Source: Squalus acanthias
Lineage: Eukaryota
NCBI GenBank assembly: GCA_030390025.1
Contig: CM059432.1
Span: forward strand, 85,810,001 to 85,874,000
Reading direction: 5' to 3'
Length of the DNA stretch: 64,000 nt
The notes beneath the pieces are model-generated. The model was not told where the DNA came from and ran no database searches. It was given only the letters and a program-made list of their open reading frames with translations. Both the position numbers and the translations under genes were made by a program. Every line of letters begins with the position of its first letter. The stretch's first letter is position 1. Shown in pieces: positions 12,990 through 25,258 of this stretch.

Positions 12990-13907
12990 GAAGGCTACTA
13001 TTGAATCTGTATCCGCCACACTATCAGACAGTGCATTCCAAATCCTAACCATTCATTGCATAAAAAGTTTTTCCTCATGTTGCCGTTTGTTCATTTGCCA
13101 ATCACCTTAAATCTGTGCCCTCTGGTTATCAACCATTCAGCAGAGGTGGAAATGTTGTGAATTTTGGAATAAGCGGTCTTGGTGATGGAATAAATATGGG
13201 GTTTAAAACTCAGCCCACCGAGACTACTTTAATGTTCTGATTCAGGCTGAGAGGGTGGCCGGGGAAGGGGAGGGACAATGGAATTATTGGCAAGTGAGCA
13301 GAGTTTGTGGTGGGAGCTATAGACAATGGTTTCAGTTTCCCACTGTTGAGCTGAAGCAAGTTTTGACTTATTCAAGACTTGGGGCTGAATTTTACCAGCC
13401 CTGAGGAGGTGGGTTTGGAGGCAGGACTGGTGGGAAAATTGGAAAAAATGACGGCGGGTTCTGATCCCGCCGTCAACCTGCCTCCGCGCAACTTTGCCAG
13501 AGGCGGGCTTGCAGAGTCAGTTTCGGTCGCGCCTCTAGGCAGCGGGATAGGCCCTTAAGGCACTTAACTACCACTTAAGTACCTCTATAATCCCATTTTG
13601 AGAGGCCTTTCAAATTTTGCCACATTTCCAGCGTGCTGCACATCGCTCCTGAAACACGCCAACTAATCCTGTCGGGTTGACAAGTGGCTGGCTTCCTAAC
13701 AGCTGCAGCTCCACCATAAAAACGGAGCTCTCACCAAGGATCAGTTGCAGGTGGCAGAACTTTGATTTTCAGGTCTTAGAGAACTTTTTGCAGGTCCACT
13801 GATCTTGGAAGTGGTGAAGCTAAGATCTAGCTCCACTGTGACCACCTGGGAAAACCCTCTCCCCACATTGACTGAGCGCTTCCTCAACGGAGATATCTAC
13901 CAGCAGC

Positions 13908-15161
13908 ATGGGAACCATTTATTTCCTTTCATCCTGGTCCTCAGATTCGGAGGATGAGCAGCCGCGGCAGCAGCAGAACCAGGCACAACAGCAACACCAA
14001 CAGCAGCAACAACAGGAATGCCAACCTGCTGCTCACCCACCTGATGGTGCACAGGGCAGAAGGCGCCAGCACAGGGAAGTACGTCGCCGCAGCAGATACC
14101 TCCAAAACAGGGTTTACAGGATGAGGATGAGCTTCCTCAACATGACTGAGCAGCAGTGCCAAAGGTGGCTGAGACTTTCGCGAGAGATAGTTGGTGACAT
14201 CTGCGCAATGCTGCACCAACACCTGGAACCCAGAGGAGTGGGTGGACACCCCTTATCAGTGGCTGTCAAAGTCACCACCGCACTCAACTTTTTTGCTTCA
14301 GGCTCTTTCCAGGGATCATCAGCAGACATCAACGGAATCTCCCAGGTGGCCGCACACACCTGCATCACGCAGGTTACCGATGCCCTCTTTGCAAAGGCCC
14401 ACAATTATATACACTTCTCCACAGATCAAACAAGTATAACCACACATGCGGTTGGCTTTGCAAATATGGCAGGCTTGCCAAGGGTGCAGGGCATCGTAGA
14501 CTGCACACATGTGGCCCTTAAGGCACCCCATCACAACCCAGCTTTTTGTCAACCACAAGGGTTTCCACTCCCTCAACGTGCAGCTGATGTGTAACCACAA
14601 GAAGGACATTTTGCATGTTTGCGCCAAGAACCCTGGCAGTTGCCATGACTTGTTCATCCTGTGACAGTTTAGTGTGCCTCCGCTCTTCAGTCTGCCAAAC
14701 CAACTTTGCGGATGGCTACTTGGAGACAAGGCCTATCCCTTGAAGACGTGGCCAATGACGCGTTGAGGAGGCCATCCAACGAAGCTGAGGAGCGTTACAA
14801 CTCGAGCTAACTTTCGACCAGATCCATCATCGAGCAAACCATCGGCTTGCTGAAGATGCAATTCAGATGCCTTGACAGATCAGGTGGAGCCCTGCAGTAC
14901 TCAGCAGCCAGGGTCTCCAGAATCGTCGTGGTCTGCTGTGCACTGCACAACATCGCACAGCATCGTGGCTTGCAGCTGCCTGAGGAACAAGTGGCTCAGC
15001 GCATAGCCTCCTCAGATGAGGAGGAGGAAGAGGAGGAGGAGGAGGAGGAAGAGAACGAGAATGAAGACCTTGCGGATGCACATCAACCAGCTGCAGTAGC
15101 ACATCAGCACATTGCTGCCCGGGATGCAAGGGATGCACTTATCTTGGCCAGATTTGCTTAA
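13908..15161 (+). pseudogene. Harbinger DDE transposase (HARBI1-like), frameshifted with stops
   Basis: Motifs [56 protein letters not shown] and an acidic C-terminal tract, spread over ORFs 13908-14594 and 14847-15161. Confidence 0.9.
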
Positions 15162-15419
15162 GTTGCCCATTCAAACACATGTGCCTGGCACCTTCTTATC
15201 ACACCATGGACAATGGACAAAAACCTATGGCTGCCTATCACTCTGACCACCAGCATGACAAATACAATCCACCCTGAGCCCTCAATGTGGAACTTCCATT
15301 TCCCAAATTACAAAATCCAGAACTTCAACATTTTGCCATCACTTCATTTTAATACATTGACTAAAGGATGGCATTTAACAATTAAACACAACAGAACACC
15401 CAAGTGACTACCCTTGTGA

Positions 15420-17384
15420 CTACTTGTTCATTATCTTCCTCTTACGCGTGCTCCTACGTGGTGCTTCCCCTGTGGCTTCAGCAGATGTGGAGGCCCCTTG
15501 CTCACTCTCATGTTGCTCCTGCTTCGACACCTTTGGCGGGCGTCCTCTGGGGTTGCGAGCCTGTGAGGGCTCACCAACAGTCTGCTCCTCCTGCGGCTGT
15601 GCAGGGGCTGAGACGCCCATCTCAGTTAGGTGAGGACTCTGGTGGGGCTCTGACCGAGGGCTCCGCAGTGGCATGGGAGTGTGAGCGCTTGGAGAGGAGC
15701 CCCCACTTCATTGTTCTCTGCCACCAACATCCCTCTCATGGATCAGCCCCACTTCAGAGCTAGCAAGTGGCTTGACAGCACCTTGTTGCACATCAGGGGG
15801 GCCATGAGGACCCGTTTCTGCATTGGCAGTCCTACTCCAGAGGACTTCCATGAAGGTCTGGTTTCTCTGATCAATAGCTGTCCATTGCTCCTCCAGAGAT
15901 GTCACCATGTTTTCCACACTCTGGCGACTTAGCTCCTCCAAGGCCGTAGCCATCCTCTCCTCTACCGTAGCCATCCTTTCCACGGAGGTAGCCATCCTTT
16001 CCACGGAGGTTGCCATCCTTTCCGCGGTGATGTGTTGATTCGCCAATGCCTCCATAAAGGCTCTGTTCATGTTAGCGTTGGACTCCTCCATCTGCGCCAC
16101 ACTCACAGTGACCCTGGAGACAAAACCTGCCAGAGACTCCTGCACCTGTTCCTGGAGTTCCAGCATCGCTCTCCTTCTGTTTGGACCCAGAGGCACAGGA
16201 TCCACATGCAGCTGAGCAGAGCTGGGAGCGCCCTGCAGCCTCCGACGAGGACTCTCCACTGCTGTCCCTGTCTCCACCATCTGCTGATGCTCACTTGTGA
16301 TACACCAGGTGACAACACTACTCTATGTTGCGAAGGTCCCACCGAGGTGTGCGTATCTGTGCTGGTGCTGGGTACGCTTAATTCTGCTGACACTGCACCC
16401 TCAGGAGGTTGCAGGTTCCTCTGAGGAGTCTTCAGGCTCAGCCTCTTCCTCCTGGACAGTGGGGAGGGGGGCTGTCGATGGTCCTGTGGGAGAGTAAAGG
16501 CATGAGTTAGACATGTGATATAAACGTTGCATGCACATTGAATAGTGCAGATGATCATAAGTCAATCTGTTTCAGTATCAGAAGCCATATCAGTCACTCA
16601 TGCAATGTCAATGAGAGAGATGCAAAACTATTCTGTCACCAGCCTGCTCTGATGTGCCCGTCTGTCCGTCCCCCACTTCCACATCCTCCTCAGCGCCAAT
16701 GATCTCTAGGGCCACCTCCTCTGCGCTGGTAAGATGGGCTATTGAGGCTGGCCCTCCTCCGGTCTTTGCCCTTTCCCTCTCATTGTGGGCTCTCTTTTCC
16801 TGCAATAAGGGACACAAGTGGAGTTTGAGTGAGAATGATGGAGTGAGTGTAGATAATCTATAGCACAGATGCTTAGAAGGACACAAAGATGGAGTGAGGT
16901 CCCAATACTAAGGCCCCTCTCTGTGTGTTGTTAGTTGTTGTCATAGCATAACAGTGATAAGGAGTGTGAGGGCAGCATAGTCAAACAGTTAAGTGATTGT
17001 GCACATAGAGAGAGAGGGGATGGTTAAGGGTGCAAGGGATGTAAGGGTAAAGTGGGATGTGTAGGAGTAGGTTGACAATGCAGAGTGATGGTGCTGAGAG
17101 GAGATGGAGAGCAGAATGAGGGTAAAGGTGATGGTATACTCACTTTGCCTGTTCGGAGAAGTTCATTGAACCTTTTTCGGCACTGCAGCCAGGTTCTGCT
17201 GCACATCGATCTGCCACTCACCTCCTGGGCAACTTGCCAGCCATACAGCTTTGGTCTGCTGAAGAGGTTTTTTCCTCCCAGAGGATGGAAAGAGCACCTT
17301 CTTTTGTGCTTTGGCTCCCTCCACCAGAGCATGGAGTGAGTCACCATTAAAGCGTAGTGAGGCCTTGGGCCTTGAAGTCGACAT
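15420..17384 (-). pseudogene. Harbinger Myb/SANT-like DNA-binding protein, 3 exons (17384-17144, 16799-16640, 16483-15420), decayed
   Basis: MSTSRPKASLRFNGDSLHALVEG...W.QVA.EV...RTWLQCRKRFNEL then GTGAGT donor. Exon 2 EKRAHNERERAKTGGGP has AG/GT ends. Exon 3 has a coiled-coil-like repeat and a basic C-terminus. Confidence 0.82.
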
Positions 17385-18859
17385 TGCACTAGCTCCAAAA
17401 ACTCTTTTCAACAGAAGCAAACACAAGCGTTTAGGCACAAAATGAACCAAGGCTGCTTGCAGCCCTTAAATGCAGCTGGAGAAATTATGTCATCGGAGGC
17501 GAGTTTCAGGCCCAAAAAACTAATTGGGCCAGGGGTTCGCACACGCTGGGAATCAATTGCCTAATTAGGGCAAAATCGCAATTTTTTCCCGCCCGACGGC
17601 TGAGGTCGGATCAGGGCCTGCCGACCACCTGACCCGCACCCAACCCACCACCAATGGCAAAATCGAGCCCTTGATCTCTGATGTTGTCTGACAGATGGAG
17701 GCATTCGAGAGGTGGACAATGATGGTGGAGAGGTAAAAGTGAGTAACATCAGTGTACATGTGAAAGCTGCCTGTGTGCTTGTGGTTGATGTGGCAACATA
17801 TCAATAAAGAGGAAGGAGCCAAGGATAAATCCTTGTGAAACTTGGAGGTGATGGTACAGAGGGGGTTAGAGAAGCCTTGCTGGTTGGAATATCCACAAGC
17901 ACTAGAGAATCCACAAGAATGCCCTACCAGTTGCCCCCATGGGGCAAAACAGAACGTAGGACTATTCACCTTGATGAGGTGATGGTTGGGAATGATATTT
18001 GTGCTGTTATTATCACTTCAATATTAAAGAAATTTTACCACTGGAGTAATTGCCTGTTCAACAACCACCAATGATGTCATGGGTTAATAGCAAGTACACC
18101 ATGATTAATATATTGATTCAACAGAGCGTAGTACTGCATTGCAGGTTTCACCATTAGTGCATGTGCTTGTATTGATAGTAACTGTTCTGTCCATTCATTA
18201 TTTTTCATCTGCTTCATTTAGTTCATTTCAGAGAACATAATAATGCAATTACTCCCACTGTGTAATTTTGTTGAAAATGATTCTGTTATCTGCTTGATGC
18301 AGTTACTGGGAGAGATATAGAATTGCTTTCAGCAAGAATCACTGCGTTGTCAGTCTCATGAATGAACTCTGATAAAAATTGGGTTGTAGCACTAAGCAGA
18401 TTTGTATTTCAACAGGACCTTTATAATCTCAGTTTACTTGTTGGGAACTGAGGTTCTTGCCTAGAGATACCAAAGTTATCTGGGAAACTCAGATACTGAA
18501 GTAACCCACACCAAGCTATATCTTGCCTGTATGCTTCTGTATTGTTTTACACACTGTCCAGAGTCCAGGAAATCAGTCAATCCCCTCAGTCAGCTCATAC
18601 TAATTAATAATAATCAAAGAATGAAAGATACTTAGTCAAAATAATAAAATTTCCATTTCCAAAGAGTTGTTAGGAAAACGTATTTCTCTCCTGCATATTA
18701 AACCAAAAAAAGCATTTGAAAGAATACACCATAATACAATCATTTGGGCTGAGGAAATGTACATAAATTATAAATTCTACTGATGATCAGTCAATGGCTG
18801 TGTCTATAATTTTGTTCCATTTTAACCCTCATTTTTAAAGCTTTTTTTAAAAAGGTAGA

Positions 18860-19400
18860 AATTAAACCCGGCCGACCCTGGTGATCTGAAAATAGCAAAA
18901 AGGCACATCACACAGCGGTCAGTCACCCAGCAGGGAAATAGAACAGGTGAGTTAGTGAAAGGCTGATTTTTCTGCTGTTAATTCTGGGACTCGCGCCCCG
19001 GAGGATCTGTGTCAATAAACACCCGGTCTTCAGCCCGAGCCGGACCCACAGGAGCTCCGAACAGGGGCGCGACCTGGCCAGCCGGGGCCGGGGGCCGGGA
19101 TGTGGTGTAACCAGCTCCCCCGCCATTTGGTGCTTTTACACAACCGCTCTCCTTCCTTCCAGTAAGCGAGCAGCGGGGGAGTTCGGCTGGAGCTGGGGAT
19201 GCCCGGGTGCTCAGTGCAAGTCACCAGCTGCTCCGCATCAGCCGCACCGGCACCCCGTGCCCAGGTAAGTCACTCGGTGGCGGCCCGCTGACGCTACCGG
19301 CCGGCTGTCACTCCGTGGCAAGGCCGAGGATTATTGGGGCCTAACGGCATATGCATGCAGCTGCCAGGTCGGGTCGGTGGGGGGGTGGGGGGCAAACACG
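18860..19400 (+). promoter_or_regulatory. CpG-rich putative promoter / first-exon region of an unidentified + strand gene
   Basis: Non-repeat GC- and CpG-rich island in an AT-rich background. YY1-like CCGCCATTT at about 19120. Consensus donors CAG|GTGAGT (18946) and CAG|GTAAGT (19264). Confidence 0.7.
19163..19264 (+). other. Candidate 5' exon of host gene
   Basis: Polypyrimidine tract plus AG at 19147-19162 and CAG|GTAAGT donor. ATG at 19199 opens 22 codons to the donor. Confidence 0.55.
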
Positions 19401-20735
19401 TCTGTCAGAACAATTGCCAGAACCCTTTAAATTTGTTACTTGTTTGCAATAAAATGTGTATAGTGGTGACCTTTTAAAGCAAGTAAGTCAAAATATTTTG
19501 CAGGCTGCTGTGACCTGACGCTCTTACTGAGTTGAGATAAACCCGACAGAGCAGAACCTTGTAGTAAAGCAAAATATGAGTCGGCAATTTGGAGAGTCCG
19601 TCCAGAGCTTTGTGTGTTGTGAAGCTGCAACCTGTCTCTGCATCTGACTCAAATCTGTGTCTAGGCAGAAGTGGCTGCATATTTGCATGATGGGTTTCAT
19701 GGTGTGTTTTACTCCAGCTGATCTGGAAGGAGGTGGGACCGGTTGTGAAGAGCTGCTCGGTTTGCTTAACGTTGTGGTTTTTAATATTTAAGCAAGACCG
19801 GTGTATAAGAAATGTAAATGCCAATATTGAAAGTGCATTTGAATATATGATTGCATGACAGGTAGTATTTCGGTCATGTCGCGCCACCCATTTTCAATAC
19901 ATTCTAAGAAAAGTGTCTTTTCCCAGGACTTGACTCAACTGAATCAGCTTCCAGACCTGTCAAAAGTAACCGTGCCCGCTGCTTTCAGTGGGGCTGCTCT
20001 GGAATGCATTTAATCATCAGATCGACCTCGTAGTAAGGGTGTTCGGCCTGGTGAGTCTCCATTCCAGACAATGATTTACTGCTTCAAAAAGTCTCAATAC
20101 TTTTCAGATATATCTAAAATAACACTGCATTTTCTTGCTAAGGCTTTTGTTTGACTGCAGTACACAAACATTCTTTTCGCAAAAGCCGAGAGGCAGAAGT
20201 GAAAGAGGCTTTTAATGGAATTTTGCTTTTTATTGTCAATTTTTTACTTCTCTTAAATGGTAGCTCTACTGTGTCCTTTCCCAGGTGGAAACTTTACATG
20301 TTTGAGCCTAAATGGTGGGTGTTTGAAGGATGTTCAACTGTGGAGGCCATCACAGGCCAGTTCCATCCTCTCCTTATCCTACCTGCACTTTCCAGGAAGG
20401 ATGATTAAATCGCAGTTAGGAGTGGGGACCCTGGTTGATTTTGCTCTTCCCTGTGATATTGAGGCCAATGGTAGCATTCCCCTACTGAGATCAACTAACT
20501 TGAAGCAAATTGGGAATTGAACTTGGGACTCTCTAGTCTTTTTTTTAATCTCATTTCCTTTATTGGATAAATTTGTTGAACCACTGGGGCAGTCGATTGC
20601 TACATTTTGTGTCTCTTTATGTAAATGTTTTCCAGTATTATTTAGAATCATAGAAATTTACGCCACAGAAGTAGGCCATTTGGCCCATCATGTCTGCGCC
20701 GGTGGGCGGGGGGTGTATTGGTGTAGAACGTACCG

Positions 20736-22571
20736 TAGGGTGACCATTCGATCCTGTTTTCTGGGGACAGTCCCCAGATTAGGCAGTGTATCCCTGGGCA
20801 AACAATGTCCCCAGTTCTGGAAACTAGTCGCCCGAATAAAACGTTCAATGATTAAATGTAAAATAGTTTCAGGCAACAAACAAGAGCTCTGGCCCACAGA
20901 TTTAGGAAAATAAATTTAAAATTTCACCCCCATTATTTACATCCAAAAACAGTACACTATAATTAGCTATCGCAGGGTGCGGCTGATGTTTCAACAACCT
21001 TGGTTGCGGCGTACTGGAGGCATCACCCACCATGTCGTCAAACCGAGGTGACTGATGATTGATGGCGGAACTGACCAATCAAAGCAAGGGACATTGAGCT
21101 GCGTCTAAGTCATAAATAAATTAGATGAATAAAATGTGGGCAGAGGTGGGATTATCCGGTGAAGATGGAGGGCTAGTGGGTGGAGTAACAATGGAGCAAA
21201 GACAGTGTGCCAAATTTAAGAAAGTAAGTTTATTTAACCAATATCTTTAAGTACTTGGATATATTGTGTTCTACTAATTGAGGTGCTTTATTCAATTCCT
21301 AGTTCTAAAGAACTCTGGTCCAAAAAAATGTATTTATTTTCATAGATGCTGATTGAGCTGTTTTTGTTTCAAATTTCTAGCATATGTAGATTTTCTTATC
21401 TTATTTAATCAATCGTTACAGCCCACAGATTCACTTTTTAGACCCTTTCATCTTTGTTCTTAGCTTGTGTGCAGTGATACTGAAATAAACACTAGTAGTA
21501 CATTAGTGGCTAACAGTTTAGTGGGAATGGGGTCAAGTGAGCCAGGAAGTTGGGTCTCATTCACATAGAAAGAGCAGGAGGTAATGGAGAAACTAGAGAA
21601 AGACATGGGTTCAGGGCTAAGGCACAGGGGAGCCTTGGGAGAGGTTTGGCTTGGTAGACAATGGGATTGGTGGGTGTGGCAGAGGCAGATGAACAGCTGG
21701 TCTTAATCTTTGTGACCAACAAGTCTGTGAGCTCCTTCCACGTGTTGTTGGCGAGAACATGGAAATTCCATTATGCATACACTGGAGAAAATTCTGAAAG
21801 CTGAAAACCCTCAGCTATAGGAGGGAAGGTGGGCTGAAGCAGGAGCATAGATGGGCAATGTTACGGAGGTGGAAGTGGGCAGCCTTTATGATGGAGAGGA
21901 TTATGGAGTTATAAGTTCAGTTCAGGGACTCTGGTGTCAAACCATTTGGTTGAACCTGAGATAGTGGTCAGGGAACAGAGAAGGAATCGGTGGCCAAGGA
22001 ACGAAGTTTGTGGTGTGGCTGAAAACAATGGCTTAGGTGTTCCCAATGTTTAACTGGGGGAATTTTTGGCTCATCCAGGATTGGATGTCAGACGAGCCAT
22101 CGGACAACACAAAGGCAGTGGAAGTGTTGAGAGCGGCAGTGTAGAGGTGGGTGTCAGTCAGTGTACAGAAAGCGTGGAACTAACGGTTGGATGCTGCTTG
22201 GTTGTACTTTGTGGTCATCAGTGTGCAAACTAAAGATAGGATCTTGGGCAAACTGTCAGAGACTCGTGATGGTTGATGGAGGTTAATCTCTACGCATATT
22301 CCACTAGCAGAAGCAACAAAGTTGTCATGCCAGTTTTCTTGAAACATGGAGATAGCACAGCAATCATTAATAAATCTGTGAAAAATAAAAGACATGGGCA
22401 GTGATATGAAGAAAGACTTTCTGAATAGGCCGTATATACAGTGGGTACGAAAAACTGATGTTCCTGAACAATGTTATTGTATTATTTATAAACGGTGTCT
22501 GAATGCGCTTCGATAGTGTGATGTCACATCTGTGGTAATTATATGCACAGTTGCTTTGCATTTGTAGTGTT

Positions 22572-22605
<34 letters not shown>

Positions 22606-22677
22606 TTTTTACCTCGCTACGTTGCTCAACCTACATTTCCCGTTCTGGCTACTTTGCTGTGCTCCCACCCTGTGTAA

Positions 22678-22711
<34 letters not shown>
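20736..22711. mobile_element. Non-autonomous hAT (Blackjack-like) DNA transposon with internal old L2 fragments (about 21560-22270)
   Basis: TIRs TAGGGTGACCAT / ATGGTCACCCTA. Flanking 8-mers acgtaccg and aagtacca match 6/8, consistent with a decayed 8-bp hAT TSD. Confidence 0.8.
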
Positions 22712-24905
22712 AAGTACCAACATTTCGAAGATGATTTCAAGTTTTCACAAGAAAGATTTTATTGATAACTAAAGGAAACATGTATCTGAGTAGTCAAGTC
22801 ACACTTTCATTACATTGGTTTGGTTTAATTACTGTCACTATTTATGTATGTCTAGATTACCTTGTAATTCATTCTTTGCCCAGCTGTTGTTTTGTATAAT
22901 CTATCCCCACAGTTCTGTTGGTGGAAAAATGACCAATGTCATACTGGGTTGAATTGACTATACATTACATAAGAAAACTATTTATATTGAGAACAACATA
23001 CATGCACTATTGTAAGTAGGCTAAGCTTTCTGCAGACCGTTTGATTATAGTCCATAAAAGGACTTTTACCCTACCTTGGCTGCCTATTTTTAATATTTGT
23101 ATTTAAATCTTTCACCTCTTCAATCTATTTCTTGCAATTCCTTAAGTCTTGGGCAAACTGAGAGAAGGAATAGTGTAGGTCTACTCAGCTGACTGTGTTT
23201 TTTCTAAAATGTTATAAATTGAGTGTTAGGACAAGCCTGATAGTTTAAAATGACTGTTAATGACATGGGGGTCCCAGGATCAATTGAAAACCCAATGTCA
23301 GCATACAAGTGCCACAGAATTGAATAGAATCACTCCATAGCACTAATTATATAATTGTTTTTATAAAAACATTTTTTGCATTTAGTGACTAAGACATCTC
23401 AGTAGATTAATTAAAAGGGTTTTTAGAGTTGGAAGTTTTTTTAGAAAAAGGATTGCTTCCTTTTTATTGTGAAATGAATGGTGAAAGCCATGATATAGGA
23501 GGTTAATGCCAGGGGATACAGGCGTATACAGAACATTGCTTCAGGAAATGATGACAGCTCATAAGGATAAGGAAAGTGTGTAGGCGTTTAATGCAAATGT
23601 AGTTCCAGTGATTGTGACTTGTTTTATAACAATTTTCGCCTATGTAGAACATATTAAATGTCCTCATGTGGTATGTGCTTTTTTTGGAAAATAAATGCTA
23701 ATAATCTGATTAACCAGGTAGACCATGTTTCTAACCTTTATCTTTGGAATATTTGAAAAGTGAGTTCTGAAGAGGATATATTTCTTTGTTGAAGGAGCCA
23801 TGTTTAAGGAAAAAAGTGGTTAGATCACTATTAGTTAACAAGACTGCTAGTGTATTGACGTATTTTTAATTGGCGTGTGAAATGTTATTCAAGTTTCATT
23901 GTAAGTCGGGCCCTTTACTGGAAAAATAGTATTCATGTTGCAGTGGTTTCTTTAATCGGCTGACCTCAAACTACTATTTGATCCTTGAACGCCAGTACAA
24001 TAAATGGGGTTGTGCCTGTCAGAATAGTAGACTTGTAAAATAGTCTTGTCAGTCTTAAAATGTAAAGGCAGCTTCTGCGAATAAACAGTAGAGTAACCTT
24101 TTTGTGGTGATGTTGTAAAGAGTATGCTGATAGTGATCCTACAGAAATTCTAAAGGAATGTTAAATTGTTTTACAGATATCCTCATAAGAAAAACCAGTG
24201 TCTGAATATTGATAGGGAGATGGCAAATAATTGCCCCATGTGTGTATGCTTTGGTAAGGACACTACATTGGCTTCAGCATCTCCAGTATAGAGAAAGAAA
24301 TTTGCCATGGTTAAAGCTTTTGATTGCTCTCAAGTAACTGATACTGGAATGTACATACATAGTACAACTTTAGATAAATTCTTACCTGGTGTTAGCGTAG
24401 AATTTCACTTGCTTTGCGTGAGATTTAAAGCAGAACATTTGAGTACAAAATTCTAAATCAAACATAACATTTCTTGACTGTAAACTATTTGCTTTTTGTG
24501 GTATATATCAATGATTTGGACTTGAATATAGGAAGTATGATTAAGAAATTTGCAGATGATACAAAAATTGGCCGTGTGGTTGATGATGAAGTAGAAAGCT
24601 GCAGACTGCAGGAAGATATCAATGGACTGGTCAATCTGGAGAAGTGTGAGGTAATGCATTTGTGGAGTGCGAACAAGCCAAAGGAATACACTATAAATGG
24701 TAGGACACTGAGAATTGCAGAAAATCAGAGGGACCTTGGAATGCATGTTCACAGATCCCTGAAAGTAGATAAGGTGGTTAAGACGGTATACGGGATACTT
24801 GCCTTTATTAGCCGACATGATGTGGAGATGCCGGTGTTGGACTGGGGTGGACAAAAATGAGAAGTCGCACAACACCAGGTTATAGTCCAACAGTTTTATT
24901 TGAAA

Positions 24906-24946
24906 TCACAAGCTTTCGGAGCTTACGTGGCCCCTTCCTCAAGTGA
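24906..24946 (-). ncRNA. Minimal type I hammerhead ribozyme motif (core C3U variant)
   Basis: Minus strand reads UCAC UUGAGGA A GGGGC cacguaa GCUCC GAAA GC UU GUGA. Confidence 0.65.
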
Positions 24947-25258
24947 AGTAAAGAAATACAGAATCGACAAAGCATATATAGATAGAGAACAATGCATGTG
25001 TAACTTACAATGGCAGACGACTACATTTAAATCATCCTGACTGTTTATCTGCCGAGGTGTGACAAAAGGCAATCAGGTCAGCCAGGAAGGTACCACATCA
25101 AAGACATAGCAAGATACAACTGAGACAATGAGGTGGAGTCACAGGGGGTCCAATGTGTCAAAAGCTGCAGTCGGTATGGGAAACGATAAACTTTAAAATT
25201 TTTACTTTTTTACTGGGAATCACATCTGTGAACAAGCCAACGACGACTCGAGTCTGGA

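Larger units (their letters stand above)
10805..13140 (-). mobile_element. CR1 3' tail split by nested L2/CR1 (pieces 10805-10967 and 12990-13140)
   Basis: (catagaat)n tail at 10806-10826. The CR1 3' sequence resumes at 12990 (gaaggctactattgaatctgt...gtgcattcca). Confidence 0.75.
13382..17670 (+). mobile_element. PIF/Harbinger DNA transposon 1 (two-gene, decayed)
   Basis: Imperfect TIRs GGGCTGAATTTTACC / GGGCTCGATTTTGCC. 3-bp TSD TTG at 13379-13381 and 17671-17673. Convergent transposase and Myb/SANT genes. Confidence 0.92.
13180..17990 (-). mobile_element. Old L2 fragment split by Harbinger-1 (pieces 13180-13381 and 17671-17990)
   Basis: Flanks rejoin as acaatggtttcagtttccc...ttcaagacttg|atctctgat...tctgaca, matching L2 at 39730-39870. 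Confidence 0.65.

Noticed and set aside
13908..15161. Domesticated HARBI1 or NAIF1/MSANTD host genes
   Set aside because: Frameshifts, in-frame stops and flanking TIRs with TSD show these are decayed transposons.
19436..20913. Short ORFs of 60-137 aa downstream of the CpG island
   Set aside because: No recognisable domains or coding-like composition. Consistent with random intronic ORFs.
21300..21400. Third Penelope-type terminal repeat with hammerhead
   Set aside because: Only faint resemblance. The CUGANGA and GAAA core cannot be recovered.
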